From: an uncultured Bacteroidales bacterium
GTDB taxonomy: Bacteria; Bacteroidota; Bacteroidia; Bacteroidales; FEN-979
Length of the DNA: 64,000 nucleotides
Assembly: GCA_963768805.1 (NCBI GenBank)
Contig: CAVYJI010000012.1
Coordinates: 3,305 to 67,304, forward strand
Direction of reading: 5' to 3'
The notes beneath the pieces were generated by a model. It had not been told where the DNA came from. It saw only the letters and a program-made list of their open reading frames with translations, and ran no database searches. A program made the position numbers and the translations under genes. This document shows, in pieces, positions 10,100 to 20,033 of the stretch (position 1 is the first letter of the stretch; each line of letters begins with the position of its first letter).

Positions 10100-10534
10100 T
10101 CAGGAGTGCCAGATTAATTTCTTTCCGAATCCCAGGCGGTTGTCGGTCATTTTGATCATATCAGGTCTGATTCCCCAAAGGTATAAGTCCGAAAACATGG
10201 CAATTGGAAACTTTTTCAAGTAGGCTTTTCTTGCTGATATGAGGTCTGGCCCTTCCAGTTTAAACATCACCCCGGAGAATTGTATCCCCCTGAGTTTTCC
10301 AATCATTTTTGTCTCGAGTGCAATTGCTCCTGCTGTTAAAAAATTACCCGTCTCAACTGCATCGCGGATGTGACGGGTATCTTCTTCAGAAGTGAAAATA
10401 AAAAGATTATACTTTTCATCGTAAATATAGAAACAGGTGGCGCACCAGGGTTGGGATCCCCGGGTCACGGCAAGAGTAAAAATATGATGTTCCCGGATCA
10501 GTGAAAGGATCCTTTTGTCTATTGGAGTACTCAT
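10100..10534 (-). CDS. yhbP: UPF0306/YhbP-family protein (PNPOx-like split barrel)
   Basis: ORF 10100..10669 overlaps the upstream gene. The ATG at 10534 lies 1 nt after that gene's TAA. Blocks PWCATCFY, SEEDTRH, LRGIQFSG, ARKAYLKKFPIA and IKMTDNRLGFGKKLIW mirror E. coli YhbP as I recall it. Confidence 0.82.
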   Translation of the reverse strand: MSTPIDKRILSLIREHHIFTLAVTRGSQPWCATCFYIYDEKYNLFIFTSEEDTRHIRDAVETGNFLTAGAIALETKMIGKLRGIQFSGVMFKLEGPDLISARKAYLKKFPIAMFSDLYLWGIRPDMIKMTDNRLGFGKKLIWHS

Positions 10535-10535
10535 A

Positions 10536-13500
10536 TTAGAAATCGGTGCTGAGAGAGAGATAAAAAATTGGCTTTTGGATTTTCCACTCCTCCACACCCC
10601 ATGCCAGGTCTCCCCTGATAAAATATCCAAAAATTTTTGTCCGCAGGCCGCCTCCGAAACCTTCCACAAAAGGCTCTTTCATGAGTTCGACTTTGATGAA
10701 GAGTGGTTTGTTATCAATATAAGTAGTGTAGAGTTCGTTGGTTTCTGAGTATGGGTTCCAGCCTGTCCAGGCTGTTCCTGCATCACCAAAGGCAATTATC
10801 TGGAAATTATTAAGAAGTTCGGATCGAATGGGCCTGTTGAAAAAATAACGTATGAACGGAAGCCTGATTTCACTGTTAAAAACGACAAAACTATTGCCAT
10901 TCCTGATATTCTGATCAAACCCTCTCAAGTTTGTCGCCAACGTTTGAAAGATATAATTCTGGTTATTTGCTACGGGTACCTGGTTGTCAAAAGTCGGGAA
11001 CAGCCAATTATCAACCCCTCCCATGTAATATAACAGACGGTTAGTCCCAAATGAAGTGCTGCCGGCAAGACGCAGTGCAAGGATCATACAGCGGTGGATC
11101 TTTTCATAATGACGGAAATCAGCACCTAATATAATGACATTGTTATTTGCACCGTTTATCAACTGATAATATTCGCCGAAAATTTTGTAACGGGTACCGT
11201 TATAGAGGTTAAGTCCCAAACTCCGGGTATTATCGTAGGTAAGTTCTCCCTTAATACTTCCCCAGTAATTATTCAGATCAGGAGTTTGAAGACTGGTTTG
11301 ATCCGTAGAAAGAGTTACCCCACGGTCATATCGTAATGTGGCAGTTCCTTTAATATTGAACACGGGTGTAAACGGATAAGTAGCAATATAGTAAAGCTCA
11401 TTGATCCTGTGACGGATCGTATAATTATCGCTTTCTTCAATTGACTGACGATGGAAAGTGATCTCATGATGCAGACGATATTTGAAATTGGCATAGCTGA
11501 GCAAATATTCGTTGTTGATAAGATCGAAGTTTAAACGTACTCCCCCTGTAATCCGGTAATCTTCCATAAGATCTGTCACGCCAACCATGAAGAGAGCATT
11601 CAACCCAGGATTAATAAAGATAGGGTTTTGAGCTCCTGTAAAAGGTTGGTAAGCTGTATTTAAGTAATTGAAATCTATCTGGGTCACCATCTTGTTTATG
11701 GCATATTCGACATTATAATTAAGGGGACGTGAAGTGCGGTACTTGTTGGTAGTATCTTTTAACGGGATTTGCGAGAATGTCCTGCCATGTTTATTCAGTG
11801 AAGTATCCAAACCCAAGCGGTGAATGGTGTCTTTGACCTTTTCACCGGCTGGCGCAGGAAATGCTCCTGTGTTCCCGGCATTTGATGGTTCATTTGTCCT
11901 GACTGTAGTAAAATGTTTTTTTACAACCGGACTTAATACTTCTTGTTTTTTGGCCGTTGTATCTTTCCCTGCTGATGTAACCTTAGCCCCATACAAACCC
12001 ATTTTGAAATTTTCATAGAAGGTATTCTGGAGGGGTACAGGTTTCAGGAATTTCGGTTCAATCCGGTCTGAAGAAATCAGTATGTTGCGGTTGTTCAGGT
12101 AAGAAACATCCCCTATCATAGCAGCCTGTGTGCTTATATCCTGCTCTAAAATGTTCCTAGAATAATTGGTAATTGGAAATGAGGTTGTAAAATAACGGTA
12201 ATGCATTGCAGTGTCAATATAGGTAATCGCACTGTCAAAACGGGCAAGATAACGGTTATAGATCCCATTTTGATCGCTGAGGTAGCACAAAAAATTATCA
12301 TCATAGGCCATAGGCTGTATCTCATCTACCATTGGTGTGGATGTTATCCTGCGGAGGACAGGTTTCATGCCAGCATAATTATAAATAAAAATATCATGGT
12401 CAGGATGAAGGTCTTTTGGCGATACTACCGGATCAAACCGTATGGTATCATTATCACGGTTGGAACTGAAAATGATCTCACTTGAATGATTGATAAAACG
12501 CGGATTCAGGTCATCATAAATATCTTTCGTGATCTGCTCATAGGATCCGGCAACAATGTTATAGACGTAAATATCCGACTGACCTTTCTGCACGGCAGAA
12601 AGAACAAGTTTGCTGCCATCATCTGAATAGGAAAAATCAAGGATCTTCTGAAAATCGTGAAGGATCTGCAGATCAAGGGTTTTTTCCTTTATTGAATAGA
12701 AATAAAGGTAATCTTCTCCTTTTTTTTCAGTGATGATACCCAGTATCTCGCCTGTCGGATGCCATGCAAGGATAGGAAAAGAGAAATCAGGTTTATCAGA
12801 AATCCTGTAACCTCCCCTATAGATCTTGCGAACTTTTTTAGTTTCAAAGTCAAACAGGTAAACCTTGTAAATCCCCAGATAATGCACACAGTAGGCTGCA
12901 TATTTCCCGTCAGGACTGATCTTCAATTGGCGGTAAACTTTTTCTGTTTTTAGTTTTTTAATGATCTTATTTCCTATGGGATCGGTACGGGAGGAATCTT
13001 CACCCTGGTAGACCCCTTTATAAAAATTGAGCCAATTTGTGACCAGGTCTTTAAAAGAAATACCCAGTACATATAGAAACCCTTTTTCGACATTCCTGTT
13101 CAGACGTGCTATATAAACAATATTGGGAATTGATGATTCACCATATTTCATTGAGATATAGTTCCAGAGAGAGTGCCCGGCATAGGTGGCTTCAATTCCC
13201 TGCAGGTGGTTAAATTTTTCGTATTTTCTCTTCAGGATGGCATCTTTCACCACGTTGTCCATTTCAGGGTTCCATTTTTCAGAGATATAGGAGATTAGCC
13301 CATTCATATACCACTCAGGCATAGTAAAAATCGCGTTGTTCTTGATTTGAGCTCCAATTCCCGAACCATAGATCATTTCGTTTAATATCACCGTCGCGAT
13401 CCCTGCCCTGATCTGTCGTTCAAAATGATTATAATTGCCGTCAAAATATATCATTACTTTTCCACCGATAATCTTGGTAACTCCACCTGTATTATAACTC

Positions 13501-13871
13501 TCTTCTTCCTGTTCCAGTCCAATATTACTCTGTTTCAAATCGGTAAGATTGTTGAAAATAATAAACTGTACTTTTTCTTCAAGGGTTGACTGAAGCTCAT
13601 TTTCGATTTCTTTAATGTGGGTGTCAGCGTATTCTGCCGTATACATCGCGAGTTCTCTACCGTTGAGGTAATAATAGGTATCGAATTTTTCGAACCGGAA
13701 ATAGCCCCACAAAAAGTTCCTGAACTGAACCCTGTTTTTCCCGAAGGTCATTTGGGATCCATTATAAAACTGTGCCTGAACAGAAAATAAAATGAAACCT
13801 GAAACGAGGAAAAGAATGACAGATACCCTTGCCAGACAAAGGCGCGCTCTGAACCGTTCCGCAGTACTCAT
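10536..13871 (-). CDS. Large outer-membrane protein with TolB-like PD40 propeller repeats and a C-terminal Omp85-type barrel
   Basis: 1111 aa with an N-terminal signal/anchor. It has an ISPDGKYAAY-type PD40 motif and an Omp85-like tail (FGDAGTAW ... GGGLRTKIFGYFIRGDLAW) that ends in an aromatic residue (F). Confidence 0.8.
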   Translation of the reverse strand: MSTAERFRARLCLARVSVILFLVSGFILFSVQAQFYNGSQMTFGKNRVQFRNFLWGYFRFEKFDTYYYLNGRELAMYTAEYADTHIKEIENELQSTLEEKVQFIIFNNLTDLKQSNIGLEQEEESYNTGGVTKIIGGKVMIYFDGNYNHFERQIRAGIATVILNEMIYGSGIGAQIKNNAIFTMPEWYMNGLISYISEKWNPEMDNVVKDAILKRKYEKFNHLQGIEATYAGHSLWNYISMKYGESSIPNIVYIARLNRNVEKGFLYVLGISFKDLVTNWLNFYKGVYQGEDSSRTDPIGNKIIKKLKTEKVYRQLKISPDGKYAAYCVHYLGIYKVYLFDFETKKVRKIYRGGYRISDKPDFSFPILAWHPTGEILGIITEKKGEDYLYFYSIKEKTLDLQILHDFQKILDFSYSDDGSKLVLSAVQKGQSDIYVYNIVAGSYEQITKDIYDDLNPRFINHSSEIIFSSNRDNDTIRFDPVVSPKDLHPDHDIFIYNYAGMKPVLRRITSTPMVDEIQPMAYDDNFLCYLSDQNGIYNRYLARFDSAITYIDTAMHYRYFTTSFPITNYSRNILEQDISTQAAMIGDVSYLNNRNILISSDRIEPKFLKPVPLQNTFYENFKMGLYGAKVTSAGKDTTAKKQEVLSPVVKKHFTTVRTNEPSNAGNTGAFPAPAGEKVKDTIHRLGLDTSLNKHGRTFSQIPLKDTTNKYRTSRPLNYNVEYAINKMVTQIDFNYLNTAYQPFTGAQNPIFINPGLNALFMVGVTDLMEDYRITGGVRLNFDLINNEYLLSYANFKYRLHHEITFHRQSIEESDNYTIRHRINELYYIATYPFTPVFNIKGTATLRYDRGVTLSTDQTSLQTPDLNNYWGSIKGELTYDNTRSLGLNLYNGTRYKIFGEYYQLINGANNNVIILGADFRHYEKIHRCMILALRLAGSTSFGTNRLLYYMGGVDNWLFPTFDNQVPVANNQNYIFQTLATNLRGFDQNIRNGNSFVVFNSEIRLPFIRYFFNRPIRSELLNNFQIIAFGDAGTAWTGWNPYSETNELYTTYIDNKPLFIKVELMKEPFVEGFGGGLRTKIFGYFIRGDLAWGVEEWKIQKPIFYLSLSTDF

Positions 13872-13950
13872 GGTTTGTTAAACAATGGATGTAAAAGGGA
13901 CGGCTAAGTTAAGATTATTTTGAATGTCACGGCACCATGGCCAATTTTTG

Positions 13951-13958
13951 TACTTTTG
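13951..13958 (+). promoter_or_regulatory. -7 promoter box (TACTTTTG) upstream of the MBL hydrolase gene
   Basis: Exact TAnnTTTG, 38 nt upstream of the ATG at 13996. Confidence 0.4.
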
Positions 13959-13995
13959 CAGGGCTTTATGAATCAGTATTTATCGATGTTTTTGA

Positions 13996-14634
13996 ATGAT
14001 TAAAATCCAGAAATTTATTTTTAATACGTTCCAGGTCAACACTTACATTTTGATTGAGGGAACCGGGGAATGTATGATTATTGATGCCGCCTGCTTTGAA
14101 AACAGTGAGAAACAGGAATTGAAAGACTTTCTTGTGAAGAATAACCTGAAACCAGTCCGTAATCTGAATACACATTGCCACATCGATCATATTCTCGGAA
14201 ACAGTTTCATCGCTGAGACATTCGGGATCTATCCCGAATATCATGAAGGCTCTGTTCCTTTCCTTTATGCAGCGGATGAAATAGCAAAATCATTCGGTTA
14301 TACAATTAAGGATATTCCTGCACCTGCAAGGTATCTAAAAGATAATGAGATGATCACTCTTGGGACCTCTGTTATTACGGTTTTATATACACCCGGGCAT
14401 GCTGACGGGAGTGTTTGTTTTTATAATAAAAAACAAGGGTTTTTGATCAGCGGTGATGTACTCTTTCGTGATTCTATTGGCAGAACTGATCTCCCATCAG
14501 GAAACTTTGACCTGCTAATGAAGAGTATCAGTGAAAAATTATTTACTTTACCCGATGATACAATTGTATATCCGGGCCATGGCCCTGAAACAACTATCGG
14601 GTATGAAAAGTTGAATAACCCTTTTATCCGTTGA
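13996..14634 (+). CDS. MBL-fold metallo-hydrolase
   Basis: 212 aa with the THCHIDH motif plus downstream PGHADGS and D..F.GD elements. Confidence 0.9.
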   Translation: MIKIQKFIFNTFQVNTYILIEGTGECMIIDAACFENSEKQELKDFLVKNNLKPVRNLNTHCHIDHILGNSFIAETFGIYPEYHEGSVPFLYAADEIAKSFGYTIKDIPAPARYLKDNEMITLGTSVITVLYTPGHADGSVCFYNKKQGFLISGDVLFRDSIGRTDLPSGNFDLLMKSISEKLFTLPDDTIVYPGHGPETTIGYEKLNNPFIR

Positions 14635-15617
14635 AGAAGGTCCTGGTCATTCGCTTTAGTTCCATTGGAGATATCGTACTGACGACTCCAATAATCCGTT
14701 GCCTGAAAACACAGCTTCCGGATGCAGAGATCCATTACCTGACGAAAGCACAAAACCACTCACTGATAAAGGAAAATCCTTTTCTTACCAGAACCTGGCT
14801 ATATAAAGAAAACTTTAAAGACCTTCTTCCCAGCCTCAAAGCCGAGAATTTTGATTTTATTGTCGACCTTCATAAAAACATCCGCAGTCTATATGTCCTT
14901 TTCCATCTTCGGAGACCTTATGGTGCTTTTCAAAAGCTGAACCTGAAAAAGTGGATGATCGTCAATTTCAGGATTGACCTGCTTCCCCGTATTCATATTA
15001 TCGACCGTTATTTTGCAGCAGTAAAACGCTTAGGTATCCGGAACGATGGCAAGGGTCTTGATTATTTTGTCCCCCCTGCTGAAGAGGTCAATTTGTCGTC
15101 TCTTCCTGATTCATTCAGGAAAGGTTTTATCGCATTTGTTATCGGAGGGAAACACACAACTAAACTCTTTCCTGAAGATAAAGTGGCTGAGGTTTGTCGT
15201 AAAGTTTCATGGCCTGTTGTATTACTGGGTGGAAAAGAGGATGAAGAAAGAGGCAGGCGGATTGAACAACTTTCAGGCTCAAATGTGCTTAATGTCTGTG
15301 GGCGCTATTCAGTCAACCAGAGTGCTTCTTTGATCAGACAGGCAAGGGTAGTGATTACCAATGATACCGGTTTGATGCATATTGCTGCAGCATTCGGCAA
15401 GAACATTCTTTCCATCTGGGGGAACACCATCCCTGAGTTTGGCATGTACCCGTACCTGGAAGGAAAAGGGAATGTTGCTTCGAGGATATTTGAAGTAAAA
15501 GGGCTTTCATGTCGTCCCTGTTCCAAGCTGGGCTTTGAAGAATGTCCAAAAGGTCATTTTCGCTGCATGAAGGATCAGGATGTTGATGCCATGATCAATT
15601 TCCTTGACCAGTTGTAA
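14631..15617 (+). CDS. Glycosyltransferase family 9 (heptosyltransferase-like)
   Basis: 328 aa. The TTG start overlaps the MBL stop by 4 nt. The N-terminus KKVLVIRFSSIGDIVLTTP and the C-terminal NDTGLMHIAAA block are typical of GT9. Confidence 0.88.
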   Translation: MKKVLVIRFSSIGDIVLTTPIIRCLKTQLPDAEIHYLTKAQNHSLIKENPFLTRTWLYKENFKDLLPSLKAENFDFIVDLHKNIRSLYVLFHLRRPYGAFQKLNLKKWMIVNFRIDLLPRIHIIDRYFAAVKRLGIRNDGKGLDYFVPPAEEVNLSSLPDSFRKGFIAFVIGGKHTTKLFPEDKVAEVCRKVSWPVVLLGGKEDEERGRRIEQLSGSNVLNVCGRYSVNQSASLIRQARVVITNDTGLMHIAAAFGKNILSIWGNTIPEFGMYPYLEGKGNVASRIFEVKGLSCRPCSKLGFEECPKGHFRCMKDQDVDAMINFLDQL

Positions 15618-15622
15618 GAACC

Positions 15623-16393
15623 ATGATTTTTATTGATACACATACCCATCTCTATTCAGAGGAGTTTGACGCAGACCGGGAAAAGGTCATTCAGAATGCA
15701 GTTGATAACGGCGTTACAAAACTCCTGCTTCCCGCTATTGACAGGGGTTACTATGGTAAGATGATGATCCTTGCTGATCATAGCCAGTACTGTTTCCCTA
15801 TGATCGGATTGCATCCGACTTCAGTAAAGTCAAACTATCAGGAAGAGCTTGCTTTTGTTGACGAATGCCTTGAAAATAACAATGAACGGTTCTATGCGAT
15901 AGGTGAGATCGGCATTGACCTTTACCGGGATAAAACCCATATCATTGAGCAGACCACTGTATTTGGCCATCAGCTTGACCTGGCTATACAGTACGAGCTA
16001 CCGGCAGCCATTCATACCCGTAATTCTTTTGAATTAGCAATTGATTTGATCCGTCAGAAAAACAACACCACCCTAAAAGGTGTCTTTCATTGTTTCAGCG
16101 GGTCAGTTGAACAGGCACACCAGGCAATACGAGCAGGGTTTATGCTGGGAATCGGTGGCATCATCACCTATAAGAATTCAGGATTACAAAAAGTGGTGCA
16201 GGAAATCCCGCTTGAGTACCTTGTCCTGGAAACTGATGCTCCCTGGCTTCCTCCTGTTCCTTACCGCGGACAGCGCAATGAAAGCGCCTATATCCCGTTA
16301 ATAGCTGGCAGGATAGCTGAATTAAAAGATATTCCTTTAGAAGAAGTTGCCGGAATAACCACCAAAAATGCATTAACTTTGTTTAATTTCTGA
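15623..16393 (+). CDS. TatD-family metal-dependent hydrolase
   Basis: 256 aa with FIDTHTHL, AIGEIGLD-like (AIGEIGIDL), IHTR, HCFSG and ETDAP motifs. Confidence 0.93.
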   Translation: MIFIDTHTHLYSEEFDADREKVIQNAVDNGVTKLLLPAIDRGYYGKMMILADHSQYCFPMIGLHPTSVKSNYQEELAFVDECLENNNERFYAIGEIGIDLYRDKTHIIEQTTVFGHQLDLAIQYELPAAIHTRNSFELAIDLIRQKNNTTLKGVFHCFSGSVEQAHQAIRAGFMLGIGGIITYKNSGLQKVVQEIPLEYLVLETDAPWLPPVPYRGQRNESAYIPLIAGRIAELKDIPLEEVAGITTKNALTLFNF

Positions 16394-16480
16394 GTACTTA
16401 AATTTTCTCAATCCATCACACCCGCTTTTAGATTCACACCCGGTACAGATTCCAATGTTCATATTACAAAACATCAATAT

Positions 16481-17509
16481 ATGCGTGACCAGATCTCGAT
16501 CCTGATAATTTATACCGGCGGAACTATTGGAATGGTTCAGGATCCCAATACCGGTGTTCTGAAACCGCTGTCTTTCCAGAATATTTACCAGTACATCTCG
16601 GTTCTCAAGAATTTTAATTACCATCTTGAATTTCACACATTCAAACCCTTGCTTGATTCTTCCAATATGAGTCCCGTTTTTTGGATTGAGCTGGCAAAAG
16701 TTATCGAGGCACATTATGAATCTTTTGATGGCTTCGTGGTGTTGCATGGTTCTGATACCATGGCTTATACCGCGTCAGCACTCAGTTTCATGCTTGAGAA
16801 CCTTAATAAACCTGTCATCTTTACAGGGGCCCAGCTTCCCATAGGAAGAATACGTACTGATGCACGTGAGAATTTCATCAATTCGATAGAAATTGCAGCA
16901 GCCTGTGAGCAGGAGACTCCCCTGGTACCTGAAGTTGGCATATGCTTTGGGAACAAGCTTTTCCGTGGTAACAGGACCACAAAATTCAATTCTGAGAATT
17001 TCGGTGCCTTTATCTCAGTCAATTACCCACTGCTGGCTGAAATCGGTGTTTATATCCGTTACCATGGCGAACTGATCCTCAAGCCCAATTTCAGAAAGCT
17101 GAAAGTTCACACAGATCTTGATGATAACATCGCCATCCTGAAACTATTCCCGGGAATTAATCAGAATATCGTCAGGAATATCCTATCAACTCCCGGATTG
17201 AAAGCCGTGATACTGGAAACCTTTGGTGCAGGCAATGCCCCGACAGTCCCCTGGTTCCTTGACCTGCTAAAAGAAGCCATCGATCATGGGATCATCCTTT
17301 TCAATGTTACACAATGTACCGGTGGCGCGGTAGAAATCGGTAAATATGAGACCAGTGCTGAACTTGGGAAAATAGGAGTGATCGGTGGATATGACATTAC
17401 TACTGAATCGGCTGTTACAAAACTTATGTATCTTTTAGGCTGTGGTTTTCCAAAGGAAGAGGCCGAACAGTTGCTCCAGGTCTCACTGCGCGGGGAGATG
17501 ACCGTTTGA
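16481..17509 (+). CDS. ansA: Type I L-asparaginase
   Basis: 342 aa with TGGTIGM and HGSDTMAYTA(S)AL motifs. Confidence 0.92.
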   Translation: MRDQISILIIYTGGTIGMVQDPNTGVLKPLSFQNIYQYISVLKNFNYHLEFHTFKPLLDSSNMSPVFWIELAKVIEAHYESFDGFVVLHGSDTMAYTASALSFMLENLNKPVIFTGAQLPIGRIRTDARENFINSIEIAAACEQETPLVPEVGICFGNKLFRGNRTTKFNSENFGAFISVNYPLLAEIGVYIRYHGELILKPNFRKLKVHTDLDDNIAILKLFPGINQNIVRNILSTPGLKAVILETFGAGNAPTVPWFLDLLKEAIDHGIILFNVTQCTGGAVEIGKYETSAELGKIGVIGGYDITTESAVTKLMYLLGCGFPKEEAEQLLQVSLRGEMTV

Positions 17510-17525
17510 ACATTCAATTTTTTAA

Positions 17526-17533
17526 TACCTTTG
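17526..17533 (+). promoter_or_regulatory. -7 promoter box (TACCTTTG) for tRNA-Ser
   Basis: Exact TAnnTTTG, ending 16 nt before the mature tRNA 5' end. Confidence 0.45.
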
Positions 17534-17549
17534 CACATCCGTTGAAATT

Positions 17550-17638
17550 GGAGAGATGGCCGAGTTGGTCTAAGGCGCACGCCTGGAAAGTGTGTAATCG
17601 CCAAAAGCGGTTCATGGGTTCGAATCCCATTCTCTCCG
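17550..17638 (+). tRNA. tRNA-Ser (anticodon GGA), class II with long variable arm
   Basis: Hand-folded cloverleaf. Acceptor GGAGAGA/TCTCTCC, anticodon stem CACGC/GTGTG with loop CTGGAAA, variable-arm stem CGC/GCG, T arm ATGGG-TTCGAAT-CCCAT, discriminator G. Confidence 0.95.
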
Positions 17639-17645
17639 CATACAA

Positions 17646-17689
17646 CCTCCGTATTCCTTTGTTCAGCATGGCATCACGGAGGTTTTTTT
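17646..17689 (+). terminator. Intrinsic terminator after tRNA-Ser
   Basis: Stem CCTCCGT (17646-17652) pairs with ACGGAGG (17676-17682) and is followed by T7 (17683-17689). The loop is large (23 nt). Confidence 0.7.
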
Positions 17690-17769
17690 CTTTCTGAATA
17701 AATATTGCATGTATTCAGTAATTTTGTCACCAGCAGGTTGTCAGTTCTTCATAACCCCAATCAAGACCA

Positions 17770-19692
17770 TTGAATAAAGCGCCCTTAAAAAGAGGACAAA
17801 AAAGGATCGGGAATCCAAAGAAGACCCCTCAACATGAGAAACCGGTCAAAACGAACCATCATTATGATTTGGTTGGATTGGCGGCCATACTACTTTTAGG
17901 ATTCATAATATATTCCAATTCCTTCAACTGTTCATTTCATTTTGATGATAACCAGAACATTCTCAACAATGTAAAGATCAGGGTTCTGTGGAATGTGAAA
18001 GCGTGGTGGGAATATAGTCCATCCCGTGCTATAGGATTCTTAACATTTGCTCTTAATTATCATTTCAGCCAATACAGTGTCTGGTCCTACCACCTTGTTA
18101 ACCTATCAATTCATCTTATCAACAGCTGCCTTGTATGGTGGCTCACATTGCTGATCTTTTCCTCACCGGCGTTGAGGGATCACCCCTTGTACAGGCAGAA
18201 AAAAATGATTGCTTTTTTTACTGCACTTCTTTTTGTATCACACCCACTGGCTACTCAATCGGTAACCTACATTATACAAAGAGTAGCTTCCATGGCTGCC
18301 ATGTTCTACCTGTTGTCAATTGCACTCTATATGAGGGCGCGGCTGAATGACGTAAAACACAGGGTAAAATACTTTTTGTTTGCAGGTTCTTTTCTTTCGG
18401 CAGTTGCTGCAATGCTTACCAAAGAAAATGCTTTCACGCTTCCGTTTGCTGTTATCCTTGCTGAATTGTTCTTCTTCAGGACAAGGAAGATATCTGTAAA
18501 TTTTAAAGACTATCGTGTGTTGCTTTTGACTGCAGGATTGATCATTTTTATACTACTCCTCGCATATTTTAAATCAGCAATCAATGTTTTCAACCCGATC
18601 GGGCCTCATAATGGCCACATTTATACGATAACCCCAGTCAATTATCTTCTCACCCAATTCAGTGTCATCGTTAAATATATCCAGATTTTATTTCTGCCGG
18701 TAAACCAGATGGTTGATTATGATTTTCCGATCTCAAATAATTTCTTTGAAATCAGGACATTGGTATCCTTTTTAATTCTTTTATTCCTGATTATATGTGG
18801 AGTTTTCCTATTTAAAAAACAGAGGGTAGTCTCCTTCGGGATTTTCTGGTTTTTCCTTACTTTATTAGTGGAATCAAGTATTATTCCTATTGCAGATGTG
18901 ATTTTTGAGCACAGGACCTATCTTCCTTCATTCGGCTTTTTTCTTATCTTTAGTTCGACCATTTTTCTTTTATTTAAGGATAAATATAAATCCGTGGCAG
19001 TTTTTATTCTCTTGATTATTGCAGGATGGTATTCATGGCTGACATATGAAAGGAATAAAGTTTGGAAGGATGATCTTTCGTTGTGGGGCGATAACGTAAC
19101 AAAGACTCCGAACCTGGCACGGCCTTATTGTAATCGCGGCATTGCCTATGGGGAACTTGGACTTTTTGACAAATCTGTTGAAGATTACTCGAGGGCGATC
19201 GAGATCAATCCGAATTTTCCGGATGCATATTACAATCGCGGGGTTGGATTCGGGAACCTCAACCAGGTGGACAAAGCTATAGTTGATTATACCAAGACGG
19301 TTGAGCTTGATCCCAGTTTTGAAAAAGCATATTATAACCGTGGAAATAAATATGAGTACCTGAAACAATGGGACAAGGCAATATCAGATTACTCAAAGAC
19401 GATCGAGATCGATCCGAATTTTTCATCAGCCTATATCAACCGCGGCATTGCTTATGAGTTCCTAAAGCAATGGGATAATGCAATATCCGATTGCTCCAGG
19501 GCACTTGAGATCGACCCTAATGACAATTCAGCATACTACAACCGCGGCCTTGCATATGCAAACATACAGCAATGGGACCATGCAATAGCAGATTACACAA
19601 GGGCACTTGAGATCGACCCGAATTTTACTAAAGCTTATAACAGTCGCGAGATCGCGTACAAGAAACTTGAAAGTATGAAGAAAAATGAGTAG
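17770..19692 (+). CDS. Polytopic GT-C-like (TMTC/PMT-like) membrane domain fused to C-terminal TPR repeats
   Basis: 640 aa with a TTG start and no upstream in-frame ATG. It has about 10 hydrophobic segments, an FHFDDNQNI loop motif after TM1, then five to six 34-aa TPR units (AYYNRG...). Confidence 0.85.
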   Translation: MNKAPLKRGQKRIGNPKKTPQHEKPVKTNHHYDLVGLAAILLLGFIIYSNSFNCSFHFDDNQNILNNVKIRVLWNVKAWWEYSPSRAIGFLTFALNYHFSQYSVWSYHLVNLSIHLINSCLVWWLTLLIFSSPALRDHPLYRQKKMIAFFTALLFVSHPLATQSVTYIIQRVASMAAMFYLLSIALYMRARLNDVKHRVKYFLFAGSFLSAVAAMLTKENAFTLPFAVILAELFFFRTRKISVNFKDYRVLLLTAGLIIFILLLAYFKSAINVFNPIGPHNGHIYTITPVNYLLTQFSVIVKYIQILFLPVNQMVDYDFPISNNFFEIRTLVSFLILLFLIICGVFLFKKQRVVSFGIFWFFLTLLVESSIIPIADVIFEHRTYLPSFGFFLIFSSTIFLLFKDKYKSVAVFILLIIAGWYSWLTYERNKVWKDDLSLWGDNVTKTPNLARPYCNRGIAYGELGLFDKSVEDYSRAIEINPNFPDAYYNRGVGFGNLNQVDKAIVDYTKTVELDPSFEKAYYNRGNKYEYLKQWDKAISDYSKTIEIDPNFSSAYINRGIAYEFLKQWDNAISDCSRALEIDPNDNSAYYNRGLAYANIQQWDHAIADYTRALEIDPNFTKAYNSREIAYKKLESMKKNE

Positions 19693-19764
19693 TGGAGAAG
19701 AGTTCATCTATAACCGTAATAAATATTTTGTATTTTTATGTCATAAAACCTTAAACCCTTACCT

Positions 19765-19971
19765 ATGAAAAAAATTTACAAAATTCTTGCCTGGATATTC
19801 ACTGCAATTGGTGCTGTGATGATGTTTTTATCCATTGTGGCATTTCTTTTCGGAGGAAAGATCTTTCACGCTCATTGGGGAACCTATTATTCTATTGTGT
19901 ATAACTTTTTAATGTTTGCAATAGTATTTTTGCTTTTTCATCTGATTTCCTGCAAAGAGAAAAAAGAATAG
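19765..19971 (+). CDS. Small membrane protein (2 TM), hypothetical
   Basis: 68 aa with two clear hydrophobic helices and a KEKKE tail. It lies directly downstream of the TPR/GT-C gene. Confidence 0.5.
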   Translation: MKKIYKILAWIFTAIGAVMMFLSIVAFLFGGKIFHAHWGTYYSIVYNFLMFAIVFLLFHLISCKEKKE

Positions 19972-20033
19972 CAGCTATTCATTTTTTCTGCGGATTGCAT
20001 TCCCCTTCATTTTTATTTAGCAGATCACGGGTA

